Source of the DNA: Pyrinomonadaceae bacterium
GTDB lineage: Bacteria > Acidobacteriota > Blastocatellia > Pyrinomonadales > Pyrinomonadaceae
Length of the DNA: 64,000 bases
Assembly: GCA_046313635.1 (NCBI GenBank)
Contig: JBKBYA010000001.1
Location: 588,340-652,339 of the forward strand
Reading direction: 5' to 3'
Below the pieces are notes generated by a model, which ran no database searches, had not been told where the DNA came from, and saw nothing but the letters and a program-made list of their open reading frames with translations. Shown here one piece after another: positions 27,224 to 40,041 of the stretch (its first letter is position 1; the number at the start of each line of letters is the position of its first letter). The translations under genes were made by a program, and so were the position numbers.

Positions 27224-28033
27224 ATGAAAGGGTCGTTGCAAAAACCGAGAGCTGTCGTGCTGCTCATCCTCGCGCTCGCAGCAGCCGCGTACACTCAATC
27301 GCCCGCCAAGGCCGCCGCGCCGAAGCCATTCAAACCCGGAGAAACTCTCACGTATGAAGGCAAGCTCAGCAAGATCATCGTCAGCTCAGTCGCGGAGCTG
27401 ACGATGAAGGTCGAGAGCGGCAGTCCGGAACCCGATTCCGGCTATCTCATCAAGGCGTCGGCCCGCTCGAAGGGCACGCTCCTCTCGCTCTTTCGATACA
27501 GCTTCCTCTACGAATTCGCGTCGGATGTCGACGGGTCTAATTTCCGCATCGAGCGCACCGTCCGCAAAACGACCGAGAAAGACCGCGTCCGCAGCGGCGA
27601 GGCTCGCTTCAATTACGGCGAAAGGCTGGTCACATATCTCGAGACCGACCCGAACGAGCCGATGCGGCCGCCGCGCAAGATAGCGTCCGCGATCGGCGAG
27701 CAGACGCTCGACGTTGTTTCAGGTGTGTATGCCTTACGGCTCCTGCCGCTCGAGATCGGAAAGAAGTTTGTGCTGACGGTCAGCGACTCGGGACTCGTTT
27801 ACGAAGTTCCGATCGCGGTCACCGGACGCGAACTTCAAAAGACCATTCTCGGGCGAGTCTGGTGCTACCGTGTCGAGCCCGACGTCTTTGGTCCGAATCG
27901 TATGATCGAAAATGAAGGCAAGATGACGATCTGGATCACCGACGACGCCCGGCGCGTGCCCGTCCGCTCGGTCATCAACGCGTCGATCGGAAAGATCGAA
28001 ATACGCCTCCGGGCCGCGTCGAATCTGCGATAG
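27224..28033 (+). CDS. DUF3108-like secreted protein
   Basis: Signal peptide; PFKPGETLTY...IWITDDARRVPV. Confidence 0.75.
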   Translation: MKGSLQKPRAVVLLILALAAAAYTQSPAKAAAPKPFKPGETLTYEGKLSKIIVSSVAELTMKVESGSPEPDSGYLIKASARSKGTLLSLFRYSFLYEFASDVDGSNFRIERTVRKTTEKDRVRSGEARFNYGERLVTYLETDPNEPMRPPRKIASAIGEQTLDVVSGVYALRLLPLEIGKKFVLTVSDSGLVYEVPIAVTGRELQKTILGRVWCYRVEPDVFGPNRMIENEGKMTIWITDDARRVPVRSVINASIGKIEIRLRAASNLR

Positions 28034-28108
28034 CCCCATACGTTCACGACCGCCGCCTTGTATGTTCGCGGCCGAGCGCGGATAATTTTGTCGTTCCAAC
28101 ACACGATC

Positions 28109-29125
28109 ATGAGCGAGAAGGCAAAGGATAAACCGGCATCTGCCGAGCTGCGGGCAGACGTACCTGCGGCGTTCGATATAGCAGCGGCCGACCTGCCGTC
28201 GTCGCCGACGCGCCGCCTGAGGGTGCCGGAGCCGGACGCCGGTCTTTCGCTCTCGCCGCTCGAGGCTCCGGCCGAGGCTTCACCGATCTTCAAAGAGCTC
28301 GCCGAACCCAAGCTGCCTAAACTCGCCAGGGCCGACCGCGCTCGGCTGCTGCTGCAGTCGCCGACGCGTCTCTACTTTTACTGGTCGCTTGCCGACGATC
28401 CATTCCGGCGGCTGAAGCGGTTGTTTGGTGATAATTCGGCAAACTACACGCTCGTCCTTAAGCTGGTCGAGCTCGGCAGCGAGCGCGAGGAGCTGCATCA
28501 GGTCGACGCCGAGGGGTCGTGGTGGTTCAGCGTCATGCCCGACGCCGAATACCGCGCCGAACTCGGGCTCTATTCGCCAAGCCGCCCGTATATCCGGATC
28601 TTGTTTTCAAACGTCGTCGAAACACCGCGGAGGTCGCCGTCGCCGCGCTCGGCCGACGAAGCGCGCTGGAGCGTCTCGACGCCGGAATTTGCAGGCGTGC
28701 TCGGCGCGGCCGGCTTCACGTCGGACGCGATCGAGGCGGCGGAGGCGTCGGGATTCACGGGCAGCGGCTTTGCGCGCGAGGCGTTTGCGGCGATGATCGG
28801 CGTCGACGAGCGAAGTCTCGGTCTCGTCGCCGACGACGAGCTCCGCTTCGTACTGTCTTCGCTCGCCGCGGGCGTGCCGCTCGAGTCTTTGAAATGGCGG
28901 ATCGGCGCCGAGCTTTTCGATCTGCTGCAGGCCAATTTTGCGGCGGTGCGAAACAGCGAGGCCCTCGCGCCGTTAGCCGATGCGGCCGTCACGGAGTTTG
29001 ACGAATTCGAGTTTGTTCACGATCGGGCCTTCGGCTCGAGCCTGATCAACTTTCCCAAACGTTTTCGCCGTCGTCGGGGCGCTCCCGGACGCTACCGACC
29101 GGTAAGCTCGTCCGACGTGCGCTAG
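28109..29125 (+). CDS. DUF4912-domain protein
   Basis: LLLQSPTRLYFYW...SWWF...YRAELG...SNVVETPR; lies upstream of GH57, a known pairing. Confidence 0.75.
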   Translation: MSEKAKDKPASAELRADVPAAFDIAAADLPSSPTRRLRVPEPDAGLSLSPLEAPAEASPIFKELAEPKLPKLARADRARLLLQSPTRLYFYWSLADDPFRRLKRLFGDNSANYTLVLKLVELGSEREELHQVDAEGSWWFSVMPDAEYRAELGLYSPSRPYIRILFSNVVETPRRSPSPRSADEARWSVSTPEFAGVLGAAGFTSDAIEAAEASGFTGSGFAREAFAAMIGVDERSLGLVADDELRFVLSSLAAGVPLESLKWRIGAELFDLLQANFAAVRNSEALAPLADAAVTEFDEFEFVHDRAFGSSLINFPKRFRRRRGAPGRYRPVSSSDVR

Positions 29126-29182
29126 CTCGGGCCGCCGCAGCGCGAGCGGCGGCGCTCATAAGATCTGATATCGAATTCACTC

Positions 29183-30829
29183 ATGCCGATCGGCTACTTC
29201 AGCCTTGTCCTGCACGCACATCTGCCGTTCGTACGGCATCCGGAATATCCCGAGTTCCTCGAAGAGGATTGGCTCTACGAGGCGATAACCGAGGTCTACC
29301 TGCCTCTCATCTTCATCTTTCAGAATCTGTACGAGGCCGGTGCCGCGCCGCGGCTCGCGATCAACGTCTCGCCGCCGCTGTGCGAGATGCTCACCGACCC
29401 GCTCCTGCAGGCGCGCTATACGCGGCATCTCGAGAATCTCCTCGAGCTCGCGCAGAAAGAGGTCGAGCGGACCGCCCGCGAAGAACCCGAGTTCTGCGAC
29501 GTCGCGCGAATGTACGTCGAAAATCTTTCGGGCGCGCTGCGTCTCTGGAATGAACGCTGCGGCCGCGATCTCGTCAATGCGTTCCGCGAGCTGCAGGAAG
29601 TGGGCGTGCTCGAGATCATCACCTGCGGCGCGACGCACGGCTTCTTGCCGCTGATCTCGACCGACGAGGCGCGGCGGGCGCAGATCGAGGTCGCGGTCGC
29701 CAACTACAAAAAGCACTTTGGCCGCCAGCCGCGCGGCATCTGGCTCCCCGAGTGCGCGTACGAGCCCGGCGTCGAAGACCTGCTCAAGGCGGCGGGCATC
29801 GAGTACTTCATATCCGACACGCATGCCATCCTGTACGGCGACCCGCGGCCTAAATTCGGCGTCCACGCTCCGGTCGTGTGCCCTAACGGCGTCGCCGTCT
29901 TTGCACGCGACGTCGAGACCAGCCAGCAGGTCTGGAGCTCGGAGATCGGCTATCCCGGCAACGAACTGTATCGCGAGTTCTATCGCGATATCGGTTGGGA
30001 CCTGCCGCTCGATTATCTCAAGCCGCACCTGCACGCCGACGCCAGCCGCCGGCATCTCGGCCTTAAATATCACCGCATCACGGGCCGCAGCGTGCCGCAG
30101 CAGCAAAAGCGGCCCTACGACCCGTCTCTAGCGCGGGAGAAAGCCGCCGAGCACGCCTCGCATTTTGTCGGCGAGCGCATCAAGCAGGCGTACAGGCTGC
30201 GCGAGGCGCTGGGCGGGCATGCTCCGCTGGTCGTCTCGCCGTACGACGCCGAGCTGTACGGCCACTGGTGGTTTGAGGGGCCGCAATTCCTGGATTTCCT
30301 TTTCAGAAAGCTCCATTACGACCAGGCCGAGGTCGCCGCGATCACGCCTGGCGACTTTCTCGATTCGGGCACGGCGATCCAGGTGCAGCAGCCGACGACC
30401 TCGAGCTGGGGCGAGAACGGGTATTTCACCGTCTGGCTCAACGAAGGAAACTCGTGGATGTATCCGTACCAGCACGACGCCGAACGAAAGATGACCGAGT
30501 GCGCCGACAAATTTGCGGGTGCGGCGGCGACGCGTGCGGGCGACGGCTCGCCGAACGTCGTGTCGCGGATACTCGATCAAATGGCCCGCGAGCTGCTGCT
30601 GGCCCAGTCGAGCGACTGGGCGTTCCAGATCTATCAGGGCACGACGGTCGAGTATTCGTCGCGGAGGTTTCAGGCCCACATTCACCGCTTTGACCTCTTG
30701 TACAAAATGCTTGTCGAGGACGGTGCCCGTCTGACGGCCGAACAGCTCGAGCTCCTCACCGAGATCGAATCTCGCGACAACCTGTTCAGCGAGATAGATC
30801 ACACCGTCTATCGCAGCGAACGTACTTGA
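29183..30829 (+). CDS. GH57 1,4-alpha-glucan branching enzyme (DUF1957)
   Basis: LVLHAHLPFV, ATHGFLPL, GIWLPECAY, PYDAELYGHWWFEG, LLLAQSSDWAF. Confidence 0.95.
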   Translation: MPIGYFSLVLHAHLPFVRHPEYPEFLEEDWLYEAITEVYLPLIFIFQNLYEAGAAPRLAINVSPPLCEMLTDPLLQARYTRHLENLLELAQKEVERTAREEPEFCDVARMYVENLSGALRLWNERCGRDLVNAFRELQEVGVLEIITCGATHGFLPLISTDEARRAQIEVAVANYKKHFGRQPRGIWLPECAYEPGVEDLLKAAGIEYFISDTHAILYGDPRPKFGVHAPVVCPNGVAVFARDVETSQQVWSSEIGYPGNELYREFYRDIGWDLPLDYLKPHLHADASRRHLGLKYHRITGRSVPQQQKRPYDPSLAREKAAEHASHFVGERIKQAYRLREALGGHAPLVVSPYDAELYGHWWFEGPQFLDFLFRKLHYDQAEVAAITPGDFLDSGTAIQVQQPTTSSWGENGYFTVWLNEGNSWMYPYQHDAERKMTECADKFAGAAATRAGDGSPNVVSRILDQMARELLLAQSSDWAFQIYQGTTVEYSSRRFQAHIHRFDLLYKMLVEDGARLTAEQLELLTEIESRDNLFSEIDHTVYRSERT

Positions 30830-30914
30830 GCTCGGTCTGTATTTTCGCCGGCGATTTGTTATACTCGGGTTGTTTTTCTCCTCAATTTTTGGCAAGGGTG
30901 TTGGGCAAGGGGCA

Positions 30915-33131
30915 ATGGTCGACAATTCGGGGCCGGACGTCGAAGGCGGAACAGAAGGCTTAAATACAACTCTCGAAGGCGTCCGTCCCGACGAACTGGC
31001 GAGCGGCTGGCTGGCGGCGATCATCGAATCTGCGGATGACGCGATCATAAGCAAGACGCTCGACGGGATCATTACAAGCTGGAACGGTGCCGCTCAGCGC
31101 ATCTTTGGATACTCTGCCGAAGAGATAGTCGGCAAACCGATACTCACCCTCATCCCGGCCGAACTCCACAGCGAAGAAGACGTCATTCTCGCCAACATCC
31201 GTGCCGGCCGGCGCGTCGAGCATTACGAGACCATCCGCCGCCGCAAGGACGGCAAGCTGATCGACGTCTCGCTCACGATCTCTCCGATCAAGACGTCTGA
31301 CGGCCGCATCGTCGGAGCTTCAAAGATCGCCCGCGAGATCACGCATCGAAAGCTCGCCGAGGCTCGTCTCAAGGAGCAGACCGAAACTCTCGAGACCATC
31401 AACCGCATCGGGCGTCTGCTCTCGGCCGAGCTCGATCAGGACAAGCTCGTTCAGTCGCTGACGGATGCGGCCACCGAGCTGACCGGCGCCGAGTTCGGAG
31501 CTTTCTTTTACAACGTGATCGACAACAAAGGCGAGTCGTATATGCTCTATACGCTCTCGGGCATTCCGCGGGAGGCGTTTGAGAATTTTCCGATGCCGAG
31601 GGCCACAGGACTCTTTGGGCCGACCTTCCGCGGCGAGGGAACGATCCGTCTCGATAACGTGCGCGAAGACCCGCGCTACGGCAAGAATCCGCCTTACAAG
31701 GGAATGCCCGAGGGCCATCTGCCCGTGAAGAGCTATTTGGCGGTGCCGGTCGTCTCGCGATCTGGCGAGGTGATCGGCGGGCTGTTTTTCGGCCATTCAA
31801 AGCCGGCGATGTTTACCGAGCGGCACGAGCGCATAATGGAGGGGCTGGCCGCGCAGACGGCCGTCGCGATGGACAATGCACGGCTGTGGGAGCGCGCGCA
31901 GAATGCGATCCGCGACCGCGAGGAGCTGCTCGAGCGCGAGCAGGCCGCGCGGCACGACGCCGAGGTCGCCAGCCGTTCAAAGGACGAGTTTCTGGGTATG
32001 CTCTCGCACGAGCTTCGGACGCCGCTTAACGCGATCCTCGGCTGGACGCGGCTCTTGACCCGGGGCCATCTTGACGAGTCGTCGGCTCGCGACGCGCTCG
32101 ACGCGATCGATCGGAATGCGAGCCTGCAGTCGCGCCTTATCGAGGACATGCTCGACGTCTCGCGGATAATGTCGGGCAAGATGCGCCTCGACGCGCAGGC
32201 GGTCGACCCGACCGTCGTCATCAACGCCGCGGTCGACACGCTTAGACCGGCCGCAGATGCCAAGGACATCAGAATCTCAACGACATTGAGCTTCGGGTCT
32301 GGAGCGGTGCTCGGCGATCCTGTACGGCTGCAGCAGGTCGTCTGGAACCTGCTCTCCAACGCGATCAAGTTCACGCCGCGAGGCGGCCGCGTAACCGTCT
32401 CGCTGCATAAGATCGATAACCAATTTGAAATAACCGTGTCCGACAACGGACCGGGCATCGATGAAGAATTCCTGCCGTACGTCTTTGAGCGTTTCAGACA
32501 GGGCGACAGCTCGACGACCAAACGCTTTGGCGGCCTCGGCCTCGGCCTGACGATCGCGCGGCAGCTCGTCGAGATGCAGGGCGGGACGATCGAGGCGTCC
32601 AATCTGGAGTCTGGCGGGGCGCAATTCGTCGTCAAGCTTCCCGAGCTGGGTTACGCGAGAACGCCTTCGGTCGAGCGAGCGACAGACTCGTCGCCACTGG
32701 ACGTATCGTCGCTGGTCGAGTACCCGGCCGAGCTGCGCGGCGTAAAAGTGCTTGCCGTCGACGACGACGACGACTCGCGCGAGCTGCTCGAGACGATGCT
32801 GCGCCAGAGCGGAAGCGAGGTCGTCACGTGCAGTTCGGTCGAGGCCGCTCTCGACGCTCTGAAGGGATTTTCGCCGGATGTCATTGTGTCGGACATCGGT
32901 ATGCCGGGCGAGGACGGCTACTCGCTCATTCGCAAGATCCGAGAAGCCGAAAACGCGTGCGCCGGAACGCCGGCCATCGCGCTCACCGCATTCGCACGTT
33001 CTGAAGACCGGATGCGCGCACTTGCGGCCGGCTTTAATATGCACGTGCCCAAACCGGTCGAACCCGCCGAGCTGCTGATGGTGATCTCCAGCCTGATCAG
33101 ACACGAGCGACAGTCGAGGCCCCACGCCTAG
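30915..33131 (+). CDS. hybrid sensor histidine kinase PAS-GAF-HisKA-HATPase-REC
   Basis: PAS (DDAIISKTLDG), GAF (SYLAVPV), SHELRTPL, GLGLGL, REC (VSDIGMP). Confidence 0.95.
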   Translation: MVDNSGPDVEGGTEGLNTTLEGVRPDELASGWLAAIIESADDAIISKTLDGIITSWNGAAQRIFGYSAEEIVGKPILTLIPAELHSEEDVILANIRAGRRVEHYETIRRRKDGKLIDVSLTISPIKTSDGRIVGASKIAREITHRKLAEARLKEQTETLETINRIGRLLSAELDQDKLVQSLTDAATELTGAEFGAFFYNVIDNKGESYMLYTLSGIPREAFENFPMPRATGLFGPTFRGEGTIRLDNVREDPRYGKNPPYKGMPEGHLPVKSYLAVPVVSRSGEVIGGLFFGHSKPAMFTERHERIMEGLAAQTAVAMDNARLWERAQNAIRDREELLEREQAARHDAEVASRSKDEFLGMLSHELRTPLNAILGWTRLLTRGHLDESSARDALDAIDRNASLQSRLIEDMLDVSRIMSGKMRLDAQAVDPTVVINAAVDTLRPAADAKDIRISTTLSFGSGAVLGDPVRLQQVVWNLLSNAIKFTPRGGRVTVSLHKIDNQFEITVSDNGPGIDEEFLPYVFERFRQGDSSTTKRFGGLGLGLTIARQLVEMQGGTIEASNLESGGAQFVVKLPELGYARTPSVERATDSSPLDVSSLVEYPAELRGVKVLAVDDDDDSRELLETMLRQSGSEVVTCSSVEAALDALKGFSPDVIVSDIGMPGEDGYSLIRKIREAENACAGTPAIALTAFARSEDRMRALAAGFNMHVPKPVEPAELLMVISSLIRHERQSRPHA

Positions 33132-33209
33132 GCCCGCTCGGACGGACGACCCGTTTGCCTATCCAAATTCCCGCGGCTATCATTCCCTTTACACTTCTCG
33201 GAGGAATAA

Positions 33210-34541
<1,332 letters not shown>

Positions 34542-34795
34542 CCAAAGCGCCGACGGGCGCTCGCGACGACCTTGATGTTTCGGTCCTTTTGTGCAAAATA
34601 GACTCGCAGGTCGCGGCCCGGCTCGGTACCGCGATCCTACTGGACGCGACCTAACCGCGGCCAGAGTCCAGCCAACGCACATTCTTTTGATATCATCAAT
34701 AATCAGAACGGATAGACCGGATAGTCCCGGTCGTTCCGGGCCAGGGAACGCAGACTTCGGCCAGTGAGAAGCGGCGTTCTTCAGGAGAGAAGTAA

Positions 34796-36013
<1,218 letters not shown>

Positions 36014-36036
36014 CCGCGACGACCGCTCGAAGCCTT

Positions 36037-36067
36037 AAAGGGGCACTCCTCGGAGTGCCTCTTTTTA
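36037..36067. terminator. intrinsic terminator
   Basis: GGGGCACTCC/GGAGTGCCTC stem followed by TTTTT. Confidence 0.75.
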
Positions 36068-36106
36068 TATTCGCGAATGCAAATATGAGTTGAACGGCGG
36101 GGCCGG

Positions 36107-37282
36107 TCAGATGGCGTCCAGAGCCTTTTCGATATCGGCGATGAGGTCGACGACGTCCTCGATCCCGACCGACATCCGAATAAGCCCGTCGCTGATCCCG
36201 GCAAGCCGCCGCTCCTCGACCGGAATGGTCGAGTGCGTCATCGATGCCGCGTGCTGGACGAGCGTCTCTACGCCGCCGAGGGAGGTGGCGATCGAGCAGA
36301 GCCGGACGTTATTGACGAACGACTTGCCGGCCGCGACCGAGCCGAGGTCGAACGACAGCATCCCGCCAAAGCCGGTCATCTGACGTTTCGCGACGTCGTG
36401 GTTAGGATGGGACGGCAGACCTGGATAATGCGTGGCTGCAACTTCAGGCCGGGAGCTCAACACATCTGCGATGGCAGATGCGTTTGCGTTATGACGTTCC
36501 ATACGCAGGGCGAGCGTCTTGATCCCGCGCATCACGAGCCACGCGACCTGAGGGGCGATCGTGCCGCCGAAGAGCTTGATCGCGGTTCGACGCATCTGCT
36601 GAAGCATATCTATTCGTCCGACGACGAGCCCGGCCGTCAGATCGCTGTGGCCGCCGAGATACTTCGTCCCCGAGTGGAGCACCAGGTCGGCCCCAAGCTC
36701 GATCGGGCGCTGGTTGAAAGGCGTGGCGAAGGTGTTGTCGACCACGGTCGCGACCCCGTGCTCGCGCGCAATGTCGGCGACGGCCCGTATATCGGTGATC
36801 TTCAGCAGCGGATTAGACGGCGACTCGATCCAGATCAACCGAGTGTTAGGCCGCATCGCGTCGGCGTACTCGTCCGCGCTTTGGGCGTCGACAAAGCTGG
36901 TTTCGATCCCAAAATTCTCGCCTAGATAGCGGAGTAGATTTGTTGTCGTCGCGTACATCGACCGCGGGGCGACGATATGCTCGCCCGAGCGCACGTTTGC
37001 GAGGACCGCCGAGCTGACCGCCGCCATTCCCGACGTAAAAGCGAGCCCCGCTTCAGCATTCTCGAGTTGAGCGATCGTCTTCTCGAGGGCTTCGGTGGTC
37101 GGATTGCCGAGCCGCCCGTAGTAATAGCCGGGCTTAAATTCGTTATGGATCGCCTCGGCCTCTTCCGCGTCGCTAAAAGCAAATACGGAGGCGTTGTAGA
37201 TGGGCACCGAGAGGGCTCCGTGGTGCTGCTGACGGTCCTCGCCGGCATGGACCGCGAGGGTGTACAAGGATTCGCTTTTCAT
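36107..37282 (-). CDS. PLP-dependent trans-sulfuration enzyme (methionine gamma-lyase / cystathionine gamma-synthase family)
   Basis: YGRLGNPT, FTSGMAA, ESPSNP, VDNTFATP, HSGTKYLGGHSD, SLGGVE. Confidence 0.93.
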   Translation of the reverse strand: MKSESLYTLAVHAGEDRQQHHGALSVPIYNASVFAFSDAEEAEAIHNEFKPGYYYGRLGNPTTEALEKTIAQLENAEAGLAFTSGMAAVSSAVLANVRSGEHIVAPRSMYATTTNLLRYLGENFGIETSFVDAQSADEYADAMRPNTRLIWIESPSNPLLKITDIRAVADIAREHGVATVVDNTFATPFNQRPIELGADLVLHSGTKYLGGHSDLTAGLVVGRIDMLQQMRRTAIKLFGGTIAPQVAWLVMRGIKTLALRMERHNANASAIADVLSSRPEVAATHYPGLPSHPNHDVAKRQMTGFGGMLSFDLGSVAAGKSFVNNVRLCSIATSLGGVETLVQHAASMTHSTIPVEERRLAGISDGLIRMSVGIEDVVDLIADIEKALDAI

Positions 37283-37477
37283 CTTGTTATGACCGGTGAA
37301 ATATTAATTGTGCCGTCGGGGCGGCGCAAGCACGGCGTCGGGCGGAAGCGCGGGTCGGGAGGCGGGCGACTGAACTGTATCGACGTATGCGGGAAAGCAG
37401 AGGCGAGCGATGCGAAACATCTGCGATCGCGAATATACATAAAGACAAAGCAGCAAAATTCTGTTAGATTCTCTGCT

Positions 37478-38035
37478 ATGACAGGACCGGCAGACTATCT
37501 AAAAGAATTGGAAAGCCTCTATCTCGCGCTTGCCGACCGCACACGGCTGCGGCTTCTCAACCTGATGAAGCACGGTGAGACATGCGTCTGCTTTTTCAGC
37601 GAGGTGCTTGGTGACAGCCAGCCAAAGGTCTCGCGGCATCTCGCGTACCTGCGCGGCGCCGGCCTGGTCGAGACGAGGCGCGAGGGGAAATGGGTCCATT
37701 ACAGTATCCGTTGGCCCGAGGATGACGGCCGCATGCGGATACTCTCGGCGGCGCTCGGGTGTCTCGACGGGCTTGCTCAGGCGCGTGAGGATGTCGAACG
37801 CTATCGAGAGATCTGCGGCAGCCCGGAACGACTTGCCGCCGTCGCCCGATCGCCGATGCCATTCATTGAGCAGAAGCTTGGCCTAGAGACGACCTCTGCG
37901 AAGCGACCGTTGACGGGCCCGGCTGCCGACGGAGTCGCGACCGACGACGCTTTCGATCCGGGCGGGCCTGGGCCGTCGGAACGTGGCTTCGAACGCTCCG
38001 CCGCGCACAATGAGCTTGAAGAGTTCTTACTATGA
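37478..38035 (+). CDS. ArsR/SmtB-family regulator with C-terminal extension
   Basis: ALADRTRLRLL, ETCVC, SQPKVSRHLAYLR, RREGKWVHY. Confidence 0.88.
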   Translation: MTGPADYLKELESLYLALADRTRLRLLNLMKHGETCVCFFSEVLGDSQPKVSRHLAYLRGAGLVETRREGKWVHYSIRWPEDDGRMRILSAALGCLDGLAQAREDVERYREICGSPERLAAVARSPMPFIEQKLGLETTSAKRPLTGPAADGVATDDAFDPGGPGPSERGFERSAAHNELEEFLL

Positions 38036-38111
38036 CCACTCGTCCGGCGACGCGGCGCGCTCAGAGCGCGTGTGCGAAACGTCCAAGATCTGACGCCGAC
38101 ACCGCCCGAGA

Positions 38112-38855
38112 TCAGCGGCGCAATTCAAACAGCGACAAAAACTCCTTGTTGCCTTCGGCCCCGAGGATCGGCGACTCGATCGTGCCGCGGACCGCGAGGC
38201 CGAGAGCTCCGGCCGCGGCGTTGACCTCGCCGACGACGCGCTGGTGTTTTTCCGCCTCGCGGACGATGCCGCCCTTGCCGACCTCGCCGCGTCCGACCTC
38301 GAATTGCGGCTTGACGAGCGAAACGATGCGCCCGCCGGCGGCGAGCAGAGGTACAAGCGCGGGCAGGATCTTGGTCACCGAAATGAACGAGACGTCCATC
38401 ACGACGAGGTCAAACGGCGAATCAAATTCTTCCGGCTTCAAAAAACGCGCGTTCGTATTTTCACGCACCTCCACTCGCGGGTCCGAGCGCAGCTTCCATG
38501 CGAGCTGATTCGTTCCCGAGTCGATGCACACGATGCGTGCGGCCCCGTGCTGCAGCAGGCAGTCGGTAAAGCCGCCGGTCGACGAGCCGACGTCGAGGCA
38601 CGTGAGACCGGACGGGTCGATGCCGAATTCGGCGAGCGCCTTTTCGAGCTTCAAGCCGCCGCGGCTGACGTAGCGCGACTCGGGCGAGTCGCCCTTGATG
38701 CGGATCGCGGCGTCCGGCGCAAAGGCTTCGGAGACCTTTTCGACGCGGCGTTCGTCGACGAGGACGACGCCGGCCATGACCATCGCCTGTGCCTTTGTGC
38801 GAGAGTCGGCGAGCCCGCGCGCGAGCAGCAGTTTGTCGATCCGCTCTTTTTTCAT
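38112..38855 (-). CDS. tlyA: TlyA rRNA 2'-O-methyltransferase
   Basis: S4 domain, YVSRGGLKL, LDVGSSTGGFTD, VKPQFE, GNKEF. Confidence 0.96.
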   Translation of the reverse strand: MKKERIDKLLLARGLADSRTKAQAMVMAGVVLVDERRVEKVSEAFAPDAAIRIKGDSPESRYVSRGGLKLEKALAEFGIDPSGLTCLDVGSSTGGFTDCLLQHGAARIVCIDSGTNQLAWKLRSDPRVEVRENTNARFLKPEEFDSPFDLVVMDVSFISVTKILPALVPLLAAGGRIVSLVKPQFEVGRGEVGKGGIVREAEKHQRVVGEVNAAAGALGLAVRGTIESPILGAEGNKEFLSLFELRR

Positions 38856-38938
38856 CAGTGACGCATCTTTGAGGAGTTAGCCGGAATGATTTTAGCCTAT
38901 TTAAGTCGGCACGCCCGGCGGTGCTATCGTATACGCAA

Positions 38939-39928
38939 ATGGAAAGAGACCGTGCAAGGCTCAACGGATTTGCTCGATACGCGTGGTTCGCTCTCGGTTA
39001 CAACCTGCTCGTGATCTTGTGGGGCGTCTTTTTGAGAGCGTCAAAGTCGGGCGACGGGTGCGGGCAGCATTGGCTGACGTGTCATGGCGAGGTCGTGCCG
39101 TCGGCGCCTGAGCTGAAGACGGTGATCGAGTTTTCGCACCGGATGATGAGCGCTCTCGACGGGCTCGTGATGCTCGTGCTGCTCGTTTGGGCCGTCGCGA
39201 TCTGGCGGCGAACACGCACCGCACAGTCGCGCACGGTCATGCGTCTCGCGATCGGTTCTTTCATCTTCATAATCACCGAAGCCCTAGTCGGTGCGGGGCT
39301 CGTGCTCACGGGCAACACCGCCGAGACGCTGACGCCGACGCGGCCCTTCTGGATGGCGGGGCATCTGATCAATACGTTCATACTGCTCGCGTTTTTGAGC
39401 CTGACCGCGTGGGCGGCGAGCGGTGAAGGCCGTGCGCCGATGCGATTTGTTTATGAGAGGCGGATCGTGATCGCTGCGGCCATCGGTCTCGCGCTGATCC
39501 TGCTTGTCGGCGTGACGGGTTCGGTCGCGGCGCTGAGCAGCATGATCTTTCCGTCGGAGTCACTTAGCGAGGGACTCGCCAAAGACTTTTCCGCGACGTC
39601 AAACATGCTTCTCCGAATACGGCCATTCCACCCGATCGTGTCGATCGCGGCGGTGATGTACCTCGTCTTCTTCTCAGGCTGGTTGAGAAAGTGGTCTGAT
39701 CAGAACGGCGGCGTCGTGCGGTGGTCAAACGTTCTCTCGCTGCTGGCACTCGTGCAGCTCGTTTTTGGCGGAGCGACGCTGCTTATGCTCTCGCCGATCG
39801 TGATGCAGCTCGGGCATCTCCTGCTGGCCGATCTGATATGGATCAGCTTTGTCCTGCTGACGGTAAGCTACCTGAACGCAGGCTCGAGAGTCGCGGTCGA
39901 TGCCCCGCGAGCAACGGCGGCCGTTTAG
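38939..39928 (+). CDS. ctaA: heme A synthase (COX15/CtaA family)
   Basis: SGDGCGQHWLTC, IEFSHR, conserved His in TM helices; about 8 TMs. Confidence 0.85.
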   Translation: MERDRARLNGFARYAWFALGYNLLVILWGVFLRASKSGDGCGQHWLTCHGEVVPSAPELKTVIEFSHRMMSALDGLVMLVLLVWAVAIWRRTRTAQSRTVMRLAIGSFIFIITEALVGAGLVLTGNTAETLTPTRPFWMAGHLINTFILLAFLSLTAWAASGEGRAPMRFVYERRIVIAAAIGLALILLVGVTGSVAALSSMIFPSESLSEGLAKDFSATSNMLLRIRPFHPIVSIAAVMYLVFFSGWLRKWSDQNGGVVRWSNVLSLLALVQLVFGGATLLMLSPIVMQLGHLLLADLIWISFVLLTVSYLNAGSRVAVDAPRATAAV

Positions 39929-39939
39929 CGTCCGACCTT

Positions 39940-40030
39940 TTCTCTGCGTTCTATGCGTCTATAGTCTTTGCGTCCTTTGCGGCTTCTCTTATCAGGGATG
40001 CTAGATCGCAGAGAACGCAAAGGGCTGCGC
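39940..40030. repeat. inverted degenerate 9-mer array
   Basis: TTCTCTGCG TTCTATGCG ..TCTTTGCG TCCTTTGCG ... CGCAGAGAA CGCAAAGG. Confidence 0.55.
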
Positions 40031-40041
40031 CGAACGATCGG

